In this document: positions 43,992 to 56,973 of the stretch, in pieces | How the letters are laid out: the number at the start of each line of letters is the position of its first letter | How positions within the stretch are numbered: position 1 is the stretch's first letter | Assembly: GCA_963676795.2 (NCBI GenBank) | Contig: CAXXTB010000001.1 | Location: forward strand, 320,001-384,000 | Length of the DNA stretch: 64,000 nucleotides | Direction: 5' to 3' | DNA from: Geopsychrobacteraceae bacterium | Lineage (GTDB): Bacteria > Desulfobacterota > Desulfuromonadia > Desulfuromonadales > Geopsychrobacteraceae | Made by a program: the position numbers and the translations under genes | The notes under the pieces: generated by a model | Told to the model about the DNA's origin: nothing | Database searches by the model: none | What the model saw: the letters and a program-made list of their open reading frames with translations, nothing else

Positions 43992-45359
43992 ATGAATCTT
44001 AAAGACACTATTATCGCGCCGGCCACCGCTACTGGGGCCGGCGGTATCAGTATCATCCGGATTTCCGGTCATGATTCCTTACCCGCTTTATTTAGATATT
44101 TTCGTCCTGTCAGCAAGATCGATAAATTCATATCTCATCAGCTTTATTACGGTCACATCGTAGATCAAAATGAGCATTTGATTGATGAGGTCATGGCTGT
44201 GTATATGGCTTCGCCACGGACATACACGCGCCAGGATGTTGTTGAAATCCATTGTCACGGTAGTGTTCAGATTATTAAATCTATCCTGCGTCTTTTTGAA
44301 AATATAGGTGTACGTCTCGCTGCTCCCGGTGAGTTCACTTATCGTGCTTTTATCAATGGTCGTATCGATCTGTCTCAGGCAGAAGCGGTTGCGCAGTTGG
44401 TTTCTGCAAAGAGTGAATCATCTCATCGTTTGGCTTTGTCTCAGCTTGATGGGGCTCTGAGTAAAACTATCTTTGAGTTTACTCAGCAGATAAAACAGAT
44501 GGTGGTCTTTTTTGAAGCCTGGATCGATTTTCCTGAAGAGGATATTCCCGAAGAAGACATCAGTTCCTATCTTTCAGCCGTTACCGAAATTTATCAGAGA
44601 ATTCATGCTATAAGCTCTTCGTTTTCTCTTGGCCGAATTCTTAAGGAAGGTGTTTCAATCGTTCTAGCGGGTCAGCCAAATGTCGGCAAGAGCTCTTTGA
44701 TGAACGCTTTGCTTGGTGAAGATCGTGCTATTGTTACTGACGTTCCTGGTACGACCCGGGATCTTATCGAGGAAGGTCTGGTTATTCATGGCCTTCCTGT
44801 TAGATTGATTGATACCGCTGGTTTGCGCATATCTGAAGATCTGGTTGAAGCAGAAGGGATCAGGCGCGCTGAAGTCAAACTTAAAAGCGCTGATTTGGTT
44901 CTTTTGTTATTGGACTCTACAAAAGATATTGATAATCAGGATCAATGGATTATTGATCGTTGTGCTGATCTTAACTATATGGTTGTCTGGACCAAGGCCG
45001 ACATCTCTGGGCGCAGTTCTTGCCCTGAAATTTTCTCTGATAACCTTCAGTTTTGTATTTCTTCTAAATCTGGGCTGGGTATTGATGCCTTGGCCGATGC
45101 TATCGCCAATCATTTTATACAAGACCCCGCTGCATCCGGTGATTCTGTTGTTATTTCTGAACGTCGGCATTTTGAAGCCTTGAATAGGGCGGCAACGAGT
45201 TTGAATAATTTCATACAACTTATCTCTTCAGGTGGATCCCTCGAATTGTTGTCCTTTGAGTTAAGAGAGGCTCTCTATAGTCTTGGACAGATTTCAGGCG
45301 AAACAACAACAGAAGATTTGTTGACAGATATCTTTTCAGGATTCTGTATCGGTAAGTAA
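43992..45359 (+). CDS. mnmE: tRNA modification GTPase
   Basis: GQPNVGKSSL, GTTRD, DTAGLR, C-terminal FCIGK. Confidence 0.97.
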   Translation: MNLKDTIIAPATATGAGGISIIRISGHDSLPALFRYFRPVSKIDKFISHQLYYGHIVDQNEHLIDEVMAVYMASPRTYTRQDVVEIHCHGSVQIIKSILRLFENIGVRLAAPGEFTYRAFINGRIDLSQAEAVAQLVSAKSESSHRLALSQLDGALSKTIFEFTQQIKQMVVFFEAWIDFPEEDIPEEDISSYLSAVTEIYQRIHAISSSFSLGRILKEGVSIVLAGQPNVGKSSLMNALLGEDRAIVTDVPGTTRDLIEEGLVIHGLPVRLIDTAGLRISEDLVEAEGIRRAEVKLKSADLVLLLLDSTKDIDNQDQWIIDRCADLNYMVVWTKADISGRSSCPEIFSDNLQFCISSKSGLGIDALADAIANHFIQDPAASGDSVVISERRHFEALNRAATSLNNFIQLISSGGSLELLSFELREALYSLGQISGETTTEDLLTDIFSGFCIGK

Positions 45360-45360
45360 T

Positions 45361-45376
45361 TGTTTCACGTGAAACA
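45361..45376. other. parS centromere site
   Basis: Perfect palindrome TGTTTCACGTGAAACA between mnmE and mnmG. Confidence 0.93.
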
Positions 45377-45390
45377 TCGAGTGATAGCAG

Positions 45391-47271
45391 ATGGCAAACT
45401 ACAATAAGAAATACCAGGTGATCGTTGTTGGAGCGGGGCACGCCGGTTGTGAAGCTGCGCTGGCAGCTGCTCGTATGGGGTGTGAAACCTTGTTGCTGAC
45501 GATCGGTCTGGATACGGTTGCGCAGATGTCCTGCAATCCGTCGATAGGTGGATTGGCTAAGGGGCATATTGTCCATGAGATAGATGCTCTTGGTGGCGAG
45601 ATGGGAAAGAATATTGATGCCACGGGAATTCAATTCCGCAGATTGAATATGCGTAAAGGACCCGCAGTCAGGGCATCCAGGGCTCAGGCAGATCGAATGG
45701 CCTACAGCGCACGTATGAAGGCTGTCGTCGAATCTCAATTTTATCTGGATTTGAAACAGGGGTTAGTTGAAGAACTGCTTGTTGAAAAAGATCGGATCAT
45801 AGGGGTCAAAACTCGCGAAGGTTTGGATTTCTACGGACAGACGGTTGTTGTAACCACTGGTACCTTTATGCGCGGCCTGATTCATGTCGGCTTGAATAAT
45901 TATGCAGGAGGTCGCGCAGGGGAACCCTCAGCAGAGGGGATCTCTGCGTCGTTAGAAAAGATTGGATTGCTGGTTGGTCGATTGAAAACTGGAACGCCTG
46001 CAAGACTTTCGGCACGTACGATAGATTTCAGTAAACTGGAACCACAACCTGGGGACCCGATTATAAGACCATTCTCTTTCATGAACGAACGCATAGAGAG
46101 AGAACAGGTCAATTGTTATATCGCCAAGACGAACGAAAGAACCCATCAGATCATCAGGGACAACCTTCACAAGTCTCCACTCTATGCCGGGATTATCGAG
46201 GGAATTGGACCACGCTACTGTCCTTCGATAGAAGATAAGATTATGCGGTTTCCAGATAAGACGAGCCACCAGTCATTCGTCGAGCCTGAAGGGCGCTACG
46301 GTTCTGAGATGTATCCGAGTGGGCTGTCTACTTCTCTCCCTGCTGATGTGCAGCTGGACTATTTCAGGTCTATGGTTGGATTTGAACAGGTTGAGATTAT
46401 GAGACCTGGTTATGCGATAGAATACGATTTCGTAGAACCGATGCAGTTGAAGTCATCGCTCGAAACGCGGGCTGTTAAGGGACTTTTTCATGCTGGCCAG
46501 ATCAATGGTACCTCTGGATATGAAGAAGCTGCTGGGCAGGGCCTGTTGGCAGGGATCAATGCTGCACGCTATTGTCAGGATAAAGAGCCATTGGTGCTCA
46601 GAAGAGATCAGGGGTATCTCGGGGTTATGATTGACGATCTTGTAACTCAACCAACATCAGATCCTTATCGTATGTTCACCTCTAGATCAGAATACCGACT
46701 GCTGTTGCGGGAAGACAATGCTGATGTCAGGCTGACACCTGTGGGGCGTGAGATAGGGTTGGTCAACGATGAACGCTGGGAACGATTCCAGCGCAAGCAG
46801 GAGAATGTCAGACAGCTTGAGCAGTATCTGCAGGAAAGGATGATAACTTCTGCGGATAAATCCGCGGTAGCAGAATTCGATCTTGAAGATTTGAAGAGCG
46901 GTTTAACCCTGGAGTCCTTGTTGCGCAGGCCGAACATTGAAATCTCAAGTATGGCTGCCTATTACCCAGAAATAGCACTCTATACCGATGCGGAACAGGA
47001 GCAGGTCGAAATTGCTGTGAAGTATGAAGGCTATATAAAACGGCAAAACGAGCAGGTAGCGAAATTCAAGCAACAAGAAGAGATCACGATTCCGGAAGAT
47101 ATAGACTACGCAATGATTCCGAGTATCTCGACAGAGGTCAGGGAAAAACTGAGTAAAATCAGACCGCTGAATCTTGGCCAGGCGAGCCGGATTCAGGGGG
47201 TTACCCCTGCAGCGATTACTGTCATCCACATCTATCTGCATAAGAAAAAATATGAAAAAAAAGCTGGTTGA
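45391..47271 (+). CDS. mnmG: tRNA uridine 5-carboxymethylaminomethyl modification enzyme
   Basis: VGAGHAGCEAA, MSCNPSIGG, GPRYCPSIEDK, AGQINGTSGYEEAA. Confidence 0.98.
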   Translation: MANYNKKYQVIVVGAGHAGCEAALAAARMGCETLLLTIGLDTVAQMSCNPSIGGLAKGHIVHEIDALGGEMGKNIDATGIQFRRLNMRKGPAVRASRAQADRMAYSARMKAVVESQFYLDLKQGLVEELLVEKDRIIGVKTREGLDFYGQTVVVTTGTFMRGLIHVGLNNYAGGRAGEPSAEGISASLEKIGLLVGRLKTGTPARLSARTIDFSKLEPQPGDPIIRPFSFMNERIEREQVNCYIAKTNERTHQIIRDNLHKSPLYAGIIEGIGPRYCPSIEDKIMRFPDKTSHQSFVEPEGRYGSEMYPSGLSTSLPADVQLDYFRSMVGFEQVEIMRPGYAIEYDFVEPMQLKSSLETRAVKGLFHAGQINGTSGYEEAAGQGLLAGINAARYCQDKEPLVLRRDQGYLGVMIDDLVTQPTSDPYRMFTSRSEYRLLLREDNADVRLTPVGREIGLVNDERWERFQRKQENVRQLEQYLQERMITSADKSAVAEFDLEDLKSGLTLESLLRRPNIEISSMAAYYPEIALYTDAEQEQVEIAVKYEGYIKRQNEQVAKFKQQEEITIPEDIDYAMIPSISTEVREKLSKIRPLNLGQASRIQGVTPAAITVIHIYLHKKKYEKKAG

Positions 47272-47908
47272 TGGTTTAAGGCACTGGGATATTGAATGTA
47301 CGGATGCTCAACTCGATATGTTGACCGTCTATCTGAACGAACTGTTGCGCTGGAATAAAAAAATAAACCTCACAGCAATCAGTGACCCAGAGTCTGCCGT
47401 AGAAAAACATCTTGTCGATTCGCTGCTGCTGGTTAAGTATCTAAATGGTGGAGAGCGGGTGCTAGATCTGGGTTCCGGAGGCGGACTGCCCTCCATTCCC
47501 CTGGCTATTGTCAGACCTGAGCAGGAAATCGTTTCTGTAGACAGTGTTGGAAAAAAAATCAACTTTCAGAAGCACATCAAAAGATTGCTGAAGCTTGACA
47601 GCTTTCTTCCTGTGCATATCCGTACCGAACAGTTGGCGGACAGTCATGAATTTCAGAGTCGATTTGACGTGGTAACAGCCAGAGCATTTACCTCATTGAA
47701 AGAATTGATGGTCGCATCGGCCATTTTTCTCAGGCCAGAAGGGCACCTTCTGGCACTTAAAGGGCCGGAAACTGAAAATGAATTGGCTGAAGCAAAAGAA
47801 ATACTCAGTCAGTGTGGCTATTCCAGCGTTCATTTCGATGAGTACCGATTGCCATACAGCCAGGCCTTAAGAACAGTTGTCCAGGCTGCATATCAGTCTA
47901 AAATTTAA
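47252..47908 (+). CDS. rsmG: 16S rRNA m7G527 methyltransferase
   Basis: WNKKINLTAI, HLVDSL, LDLGSGGGLP, VTARAF; start ATG 47252. Confidence 0.95.
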   Translation: MKKKLVDGLRHWDIECTDAQLDMLTVYLNELLRWNKKINLTAISDPESAVEKHLVDSLLLVKYLNGGERVLDLGSGGGLPSIPLAIVRPEQEIVSVDSVGKKINFQKHIKRLLKLDSFLPVHIRTEQLADSHEFQSRFDVVTARAFTSLKELMVASAIFLRPEGHLLALKGPETENELAEAKEILSQCGYSSVHFDEYRLPYSQALRTVVQAAYQSKI

Positions 47909-47988
47909 CGATAAATTAGCTGAATAATTGCTGAGGCTATGATAACCTGCCAACTCCGGTTGACTTCAGATGTGAGGAGAGGTGTCAG

Positions 47989-48750
47989 ATGGCTAATATC
48001 ATCGCCGTTGCGAACCAGAAGGGTGGAGTTGGCAAGACCACGACAGCAGTGAATCTATCTGCTTCTCTGGCCGCTGCTGAAAAAAGAACATTGTTGATCG
48101 ATATGGACCCACAGGCTAACGCTTGCAGTGGTCTTGGAATCGATAAAACACAAGTAGAATCAACTGTTTATCATGTTTTGTTGGGGGAGAAGACAGCTCG
48201 CGAAGTTATCCGTCACACAGAACTTGAATGTCTGCATGTCCTGCCATCCAATACCAATCTCATCGGAGCAGAGATCGAACTGCTCGAAACCCCCGAACGG
48301 GAAAAACAGCTCAGAAAAGCAATAGCCGAATTGAAGGACGATTACGAATACATCATTATCGATTGTCCTCCATCCTTGAGCCTGTTGACCGTCAATGCTT
48401 TGACTGCGGCCGATTCTGTTTTTGTTCCGCTCCAGTGTGAGTTTTATGCAATGGAAGGGCTGGGTCAATTGATTCAGACTATTCGACTGGTTCAGCAGGA
48501 ATTGAATACAAAACTGAAAGTCGGGGGGATTCTGCTGACAATGTATGACGGGCGGAACAATCTCTCTCGTCAGGTCAGTGATGAAATTAAAGCTCATTTC
48601 GGCGACAAGGTTTTTGAATCTGTGGTACCACGCAATGTTCGACTGTCGGAGGCCCCGAGTTATGGCCAGCCGGTGATCATGTATGATATCGCTTCAAAAG
48701 GTGCCCAGGCTTACATGTCCTTGGCGCAGGAAGTCTTGGCGGGGGGATAA
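47989..48750 (+). CDS. parA: Chromosome partitioning ATPase ParA/Soj
   Basis: NQKGGVGKTTT, DMDPQAN, IDCPPSL, PRNVRLSEAPS. Confidence 0.96.
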   Translation: MANIIAVANQKGGVGKTTTAVNLSASLAAAEKRTLLIDMDPQANACSGLGIDKTQVESTVYHVLLGEKTAREVIRHTELECLHVLPSNTNLIGAEIELLETPEREKQLRKAIAELKDDYEYIIIDCPPSLSLLTVNALTAADSVFVPLQCEFYAMEGLGQLIQTIRLVQQELNTKLKVGGILLTMYDGRNNLSRQVSDEIKAHFGDKVFESVVPRNVRLSEAPSYGQPVIMYDIASKGAQAYMSLAQEVLAGG

Positions 48751-48755
48751 GAGAG

Positions 48756-49625
48756 ATGACGAAGGTGAAAAGGCCGGCACTAGGGAAAGGGATAGGTGCA
48801 TTACTCAGTTCAGCAGCACAGGAGGGCGGGAAAAAATATTTCTTTTGCCCGATAGAGGAGTTGGTGCCTCATGAACAACAGCCAAGAAAATCCTTTAATG
48901 ATACCAAGATGGCCGAACTTGTATCGTCAATAAAGGAAAAGGGGATAATTCAGCCCCTGGTTGTACGTCAACAGGGGGATCATTATCAGATCATCGCCGG
49001 TGAAAGGCGCTGGCGGGCTGCCCAAAAAGCTGGTCTGGAACGAGTTCCGGTCGTTATTCAGGACGTTTCTGAAGACTGGGCACTTGAAATTGCCCTGATT
49101 GAAAATATTCAGCGTGAAGATTTGAATCCGCTGGAAGAGGCAAGCGCCTATCGTTACCTGATAGACAGTTTTGACCTGCATCAGGATGAGGTCGCCAAGC
49201 GGGTTGGTAAGGACCGTTCCACCGTCGCCAATGCGTTGCGACTATTGAGGTTGCCCGAGAAGATCAAGAATGACTTGAGTGATGGCCGGTTGACCATGGG
49301 GCATGCGCGGGCCCTGCTGGCCCTGGATGAAGATGCTGACATGCTTGAAGCCAGTCATGAAGTCATCAACAGAAAGCTCTCTGTCCGTGAAACGGAAAAG
49401 CTTGTTAAAAAGATCAAGAATTTCGGTGCGCCGCCGAGTGAATCGCCAAAACCGGAAAAAAATATCGATCCTAATATTGTTAGCCTGGAAAATAACCTGG
49501 CACAGCACTTCGGTGCTCAGGTCAAACTTGCAACCAAAGGGAAGGGCGGTCGTATCGAAATCAATTTCTTTGATAACGACGACCTTGATCGAATTCTCGA
49601 CCTTCTGGGGCTTGCGACTGATTGA
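48756..49625 (+). CDS. parB: Chromosome partitioning protein ParB
   Basis: LGKGIGALL, QPRK, IIAGERRWRAA, LIENIQREDLNPLEEA. Confidence 0.96.
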   Translation: MTKVKRPALGKGIGALLSSAAQEGGKKYFFCPIEELVPHEQQPRKSFNDTKMAELVSSIKEKGIIQPLVVRQQGDHYQIIAGERRWRAAQKAGLERVPVVIQDVSEDWALEIALIENIQREDLNPLEEASAYRYLIDSFDLHQDEVAKRVGKDRSTVANALRLLRLPEKIKNDLSDGRLTMGHARALLALDEDADMLEASHEVINRKLSVRETEKLVKKIKNFGAPPSESPKPEKNIDPNIVSLENNLAQHFGAQVKLATKGKGGRIEINFFDNDDLDRILDLLGLATD

Positions 49626-49654
49626 TTTGTTAAGAATAAAGACAGGAACAACCT

Positions 49655-50071
49655 ATGTTCAGAAACAATAGACAGGAGCAAAATGAAATGAAAAAGTCAT
49701 CAGCATTAGAAAAAGCGGATATCAAGGCGTTTCTTGGCCCTGGCAGCAAGTTTGAGGGAAAGCTCAGTTTTGATGAGCTGGTCAGGATCGATGGCGTCTT
49801 CAGTGGAGAAATCAAATCGACCGATACCCTGATTATTGGAGAAACCGCAGAAATTGAAGGGAGTATCCAGGTCGGATCGCTGATTTTGAGCGGCAATTTC
49901 AAGGGGGATATCAAAGCAACAAAAAGTGTCGAATTCAGGTATCCGGCCAAGGTCGATGGCAGTATAGAGACACCGTCACTGCAGATTGAAGAAAAAGTCA
50001 TCTTCAACGGGCAGATCAGCATGGCCGAAAAAGAAAACGCCGTACCACTCAAGAAAATTGAAAAAAACTAG
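49655..50071 (+). CDS. Bactofilin (polymer-forming cytoskeletal protein)
   Basis: FLGPGSKFEGKLSF..VRIDG.FSGEI beta-helix repeats. Confidence 0.88.
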   Translation: MFRNNRQEQNEMKKSSALEKADIKAFLGPGSKFEGKLSFDELVRIDGVFSGEIKSTDTLIIGETAEIEGSIQVGSLILSGNFKGDIKATKSVEFRYPAKVDGSIETPSLQIEEKVIFNGQISMAEKENAVPLKKIEKN

Positions 50072-50243
50072 TCCTGGCATTCATTTGGTAAAAAATGACA
50101 TGAATCGCGCATTGATTGGAAACAATGGTTGACTGAGGATTTCAAAAGTGCTAACTAGGTTTCTTCATCTGAAAATCCCATCAAACAAAGAAGTTTATTT
50201 AGTATTCAGTATACACAACCCATCCTGAAAAAGAGGTGTACAG

Positions 50244-50672
50244 GTGATCAGTGTTGACTGGACCTTAGGTCTGCAGTTCGTAAACTTTATTGTTCTTTTG
50301 ATTATTCTGAATAAGCTTTTATACAAGCCATTACAGAAGATTCTTGCTGAACGTCGTGAAACAATCCAGGGCAGCCACAAGCGTGCCCAGGATCTGGAAG
50401 CTGATATCGAAGCAAAATTGACAGAATATCAGAATAAAATCACTAGTGCAAAAGCGCAAGCCAACGAAGAGCGTAACAAGCTGAGAAAAGCTGGGCAGGA
50501 ACAGGAAGCAACGCTGCTTTCGGAAGCCCACTCCAAAGCTGGTACCAAACTTCAGGCTATCAAAGCGCAAGTTGCTCAGGAAGCAAGCGAAGCAAGAAAC
50601 CTGCTGAAAAAAGAAGCTGAAGCGATGGCCGGTCAGATTGCTGCAAAAATTCTCGGTCGCGAGCTGGTTTAA
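50244..50672 (+). CDS. ATP synthase F0 subunit b'
   Basis: TM helix QFVNFIVLLIILNKLLYKPL plus coiled coil; GTG start. Confidence 0.9.
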   Translation: MISVDWTLGLQFVNFIVLLIILNKLLYKPLQKILAERRETIQGSHKRAQDLEADIEAKLTEYQNKITSAKAQANEERNKLRKAGQEQEATLLSEAHSKAGTKLQAIKAQVAQEASEARNLLKKEAEAMAGQIAAKILGRELV

Positions 50673-50689
50673 GAAGGAAGGTAAGGTTT

Positions 50690-51271
50690 ATGAGCAACAA
50701 AGTCAGAACAATTTTACTGACATTGGTCGTACTTACAGTTTTCTGCGGTATTGCCTGTGCCTCAGGGGGAGAACACCAGGTTGATAGCGGTGTTCTGCTT
50801 AAAGATTTCCTGTGGCGTATTTTTAACTTTGTCGTCATGGCTGCAATCCTGATTTTTTTCCTGGCTAAGCCCCTCAAAAAAGGGCTGTCCGGACGCCGTG
50901 CAGACATTGCTAAAACTCTCGCCGAAGCGAAACAGGCTAAGGACGAAGCAGAAGCGAAGTTTGCGGAATACGATAAGAAACTTTCCAAAGCTGCCGAAGA
51001 GATCGCTGGTCTGAGTGAAGCGATCCGTAAGGAAGGTGAGCTGGAAAAAGAAAAGATCATCGAAAATGCCAAAGCGATGGCCATTCAGATCGAGAAAGAC
51101 GCTGAAAAAGCCGCTGCACTGGAAATTGCCAAGGCGAAAGCCGAGCTCAAACGTGAAGCCGTCGAACTGGCGGTTGGAATTGCTGAAGAAGTTCTGAAAA
51201 AGAATTTCACCAAAGACGACGATACTCGTCTCATCGATGAGTATATGAAGAAAGTGGGAGAGTTACATTGA
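50690..51271 (+). CDS. atpF: ATP synthase F0 subunit b
   Basis: WRIFNFVVMAAILIFFLAKPL plus coiled coil. Confidence 0.92.
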   Translation: MSNKVRTILLTLVVLTVFCGIACASGGEHQVDSGVLLKDFLWRIFNFVVMAAILIFFLAKPLKKGLSGRRADIAKTLAEAKQAKDEAEAKFAEYDKKLSKAAEEIAGLSEAIRKEGELEKEKIIENAKAMAIQIEKDAEKAAALEIAKAKAELKREAVELAVGIAEEVLKKNFTKDDDTRLIDEYMKKVGELH

Positions 51272-51810
51272 GTAACAGTGCGATAGCAATCAGATACGCC
51301 AAGGCTCTGCTGAATATTGCGACCGAGCAGGACTCGGTTGAAAGATATGCAGAAGAACTGGCTGGTGTCGCAGCGGTTTTAAAGAAGGAAGATCTGCTGC
51401 GTTTGTTGCTTGATAGTCCGACTTTTCCTTTGGAAAAGAAAGCGGCAATCATGCATGATCTGGCAGCTTTGCTCAAATTGAGCGAAGGTATGCTGCGTTT
51501 CCTTGATCTGCTTCTTGAAAAAGGTCGTATCGACCAACTGGTTCAGATCGATATGAACTACAGAAAGTTTGCTGACAATCTGTCCGGAATCGTCCGGGCC
51601 AAGATTCGTGCCGCTGCCGAACTGAGTCAGGAGCGTACCGACGCGATCAAATCCGGTCTGGAAAAGCAGACGGGTAAGCAGGTTCTGCTGACCGTTGAGC
51701 AGGATGCATCACTGATCGGCGGTCTGCAGGCAGAAGTCGGCGGGAAGCTGTTTGACGGCAGTGTAAAAACTCAGTTGAAAAGAATGACAGAGACCTTAGC
51801 AAAGGGGTGA
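51268..51810 (+). CDS. atpH: ATP synthase F1 delta
   Basis: IRYAKALL, DASLIGG, DGSVKTQL; TTG start. Confidence 0.95.
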   Translation: MSNSAIAIRYAKALLNIATEQDSVERYAEELAGVAAVLKKEDLLRLLLDSPTFPLEKKAAIMHDLAALLKLSEGMLRFLDLLLEKGRIDQLVQIDMNYRKFADNLSGIVRAKIRAAAELSQERTDAIKSGLEKQTGKQVLLTVEQDASLIGGLQAEVGGKLFDGSVKTQLKRMTETLAKG

Positions 51811-53328
<1,518 letters not shown>

Positions 53329-53349
53329 TAGCTATAAAAGGTAAACCAG

Positions 53350-54213
53350 ATGGCAAATCTGAAAGACATAAAGAAAAGAATCGGTTCGGTCAAGAACACG
53401 CAGCAGATCACCAAAGCGATGAAAATGGTCGCAGCTGCCAAACTGCGCCGTGCTCAGGATGCAGCAGTGTCTGCGCGTCCCTACGCCGAGAAGCTGCAGA
53501 GCGTTCTTTCGAACCTGGCTCAGCGTGAGGCAGCGGATGCTCATCCGCTCCTGTGCCAACGCGGTAAAGGGCGTGCTCTACTCGTGCTGATGACAGCGGA
53601 TCGCGGTCTCTGTGGCGGTTTCAACGCCAACGTCTCCAAAGAGGCGGAACGTTTCATCAGGAACAATCCACAGGGGTATGAGGATATCGACCTGATGATC
53701 ATCGGCCGCAAAGGGCGTGATTTTCTCAAGAGCCGGGTTGGTAAGAACATTATCAAAACTCACGAGGACATCACCAGTGATGCGAGCTACAAGACAGCTC
53801 AGTTGATCGGTGAGGAGATCGTCGCCGCCTTTGATGCAGAAACCTACGATGCCGTTTATGTTCTCTACAATGCATTCCAGAGTGCAATCGTTCAGAACGT
53901 GACCATGGAGCAGGTACTGCCGATTCAACCACAGACTGAAGCGGTTGAAGAGAATGCCGTTGAGTACATCTACGAACCGAACCGTCTTGAAGTCTTGAGC
54001 GATCTGTTACCGAAGATGGTCGAGGTTCAGGTTTTCCGCGCACTACTCGAATCGAACGCTTCGGAACAGGGTGCCCGGATGTCGGCGATGGACAGCGCCA
54101 GCCGTAACGCATCAGAAATGATCGGCAAGTTGACTCTGCAGTACAACCGTGCCCGTCAGGCGGCAATCACCACTGAGCTGACAGAGATTATTTCCGGTGC
54201 GGAATCGCTATAA
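53350..54213 (+). CDS. atpG: ATP synthase F1 gamma
   Basis: [37 protein letters not shown]. Confidence 0.98.
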   Translation: MANLKDIKKRIGSVKNTQQITKAMKMVAAAKLRRAQDAAVSARPYAEKLQSVLSNLAQREAADAHPLLCQRGKGRALLVLMTADRGLCGGFNANVSKEAERFIRNNPQGYEDIDLMIIGRKGRDFLKSRVGKNIIKTHEDITSDASYKTAQLIGEEIVAAFDAETYDAVYVLYNAFQSAIVQNVTMEQVLPIQPQTEAVEENAVEYIYEPNRLEVLSDLLPKMVEVQVFRALLESNASEQGARMSAMDSASRNASEMIGKLTLQYNRARQAAITTELTEIISGAESL

Positions 54214-54262
54214 AATAACAGTGAGATTTTAAAGATAAACACGCTTATTCCGTCGTGGATAA

Positions 54263-55687
<1,425 letters not shown>

Positions 55688-55728
55688 TCAGGTCCATTAG
55701 CTGATTTTTCACAAAAAGGACAGTCGTG

Positions 55729-56139
55729 ATGGCTGAGAAATTAAAGCTTGAAATGGTGACACCTTACAAGAAGGTGCTTTCCGAAGAGGTAGATGAAGTC
55801 ACTGCCCCGGGTCTGGCCGGTGCTCTTGGTATACTGCCTGGCCACACCCCGCTGCTGACGACCCTTAAGGTTGGTGAACTCGATTACAAGATCGGTAACG
55901 AGACTTTTCATATTGCAGTCAACTGGGGTTACCTTGAGGTCGAAAATGACGCGGTAACGATTCTTGTTGATACTGCCGAAAGAGCCGATGAAATCGATCT
56001 CGAACGGGCAAAAGCCGCGCTTGGGCGTGCTGAAGAAGCGCTCAAAGGCCTTTCCCATGAAGACAAGCAGTACAAGATCATGGAAGCTGCACTGCAGCGC
56101 GCTATGATTCGGATTCAGGTGGCAGGTAAGGGCCGCTGA
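55729..56139 (+). CDS. atpC: ATP synthase F1 epsilon
   Basis: LEMVTP, GILPGHTPL, EIDLERA; start ATG 55729 or GTG 55726. Confidence 0.96.
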   Translation: MAEKLKLEMVTPYKKVLSEEVDEVTAPGLAGALGILPGHTPLLTTLKVGELDYKIGNETFHIAVNWGYLEVENDAVTILVDTAERADEIDLERAKAALGRAEEALKGLSHEDKQYKIMEAALQRAMIRIQVAGKGR

Positions 56140-56162
56140 TTCTACACACAGACTGATTGAAC

Positions 56163-56192
56163 AAAAACAGCATCCGCCAGGATGCTGTTTTT
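56163..56192. terminator. Bidirectional terminator after the atp operon
   Basis: aaaaacagcatcc-gcca-ggatgctgttttt. Confidence 0.8.
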
Positions 56193-56973
56193 ATTTATCC
56201 AGAAGAAATTGTCTGGTCAGCTTGTGGGAATCCAGAATATCAGGCAAAGTTCTGTTTTCCAGGGTGTAGGTCAACCGGTGGCGCACTGTGCCGAGTGACT
56301 GGAAGAAATGTTCAACAGGCGCTGTTCCGGCAGACAGGGCATAATGATCGTCGCTGTTGCCGAAGTTGTTATGCAGATGGATATGGCTGAGGTAGTCACG
56401 GGTTGCGTCAAGCCAGTGCTCTAGTGAGGTCTGGCCGTAAATATTCCAGTGACCAAGGTCAAAAACGTGTCTGAAATGTTCGGATGCGAAAGATTCAAAA
56501 AGATAAAGCAGTGGATCCGGTGAATCTTCGTAGATATTTTCGAGGCAGATAACGCAACCGGATTGCTCTGCCTGAAGTATTAGCTCAGGCCAGAAGGTCA
56601 GCGAATTTTCGATCCATTCCTGCAGGTTGAAATTTTCCCTGTTTTGAGGAATCGACGGATGAAAAATGATCTTGTGCGCCTTGAGACACTCAGCAAGTTT
56701 CAAAGACCTGGAAGCCTGTTGAAACGAGCTGTTGCGCAACAGCTGATCTGATGTCCCCGGGGCAAAGCCGGAAAAAGGCGCATGGAGAGTGATCTTCAGC
56801 CCCTCATGATGTAATCTGCGTGCTGTGTCGTTGAGATGTTGAAAATCGAGCTGATCGAGTGAAACCGTTTGACAGGCAACCTCTGGCTGCAACGAATTAT
56901 CGATCAGAAAGTCGATCCTCTCAGACAGAGACTGAGCAGGAATGTTGACATAGATCAGGTTGTTCATAGACAT
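56191..56973 (-). CDS. Sugar-phosphate isomerase / AP-endonuclease-2-type TIM barrel
   Basis: TLHAPF, IFHP, LENIYE, FDLGH, HIHLHNN..DDH. Confidence 0.85.
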   Translation of the reverse strand: MSMNNLIYVNIPAQSLSERIDFLIDNSLQPEVACQTVSLDQLDFQHLNDTARRLHHEGLKITLHAPFSGFAPGTSDQLLRNSSFQQASRSLKLAECLKAHKIIFHPSIPQNRENFNLQEWIENSLTFWPELILQAEQSGCVICLENIYEDSPDPLLYLFESFASEHFRHVFDLGHWNIYGQTSLEHWLDATRDYLSHIHLHNNFGNSDDHYALSAGTAPVEHFFQSLGTVRHRLTYTLENRTLPDILDSHKLTRQFLLDK

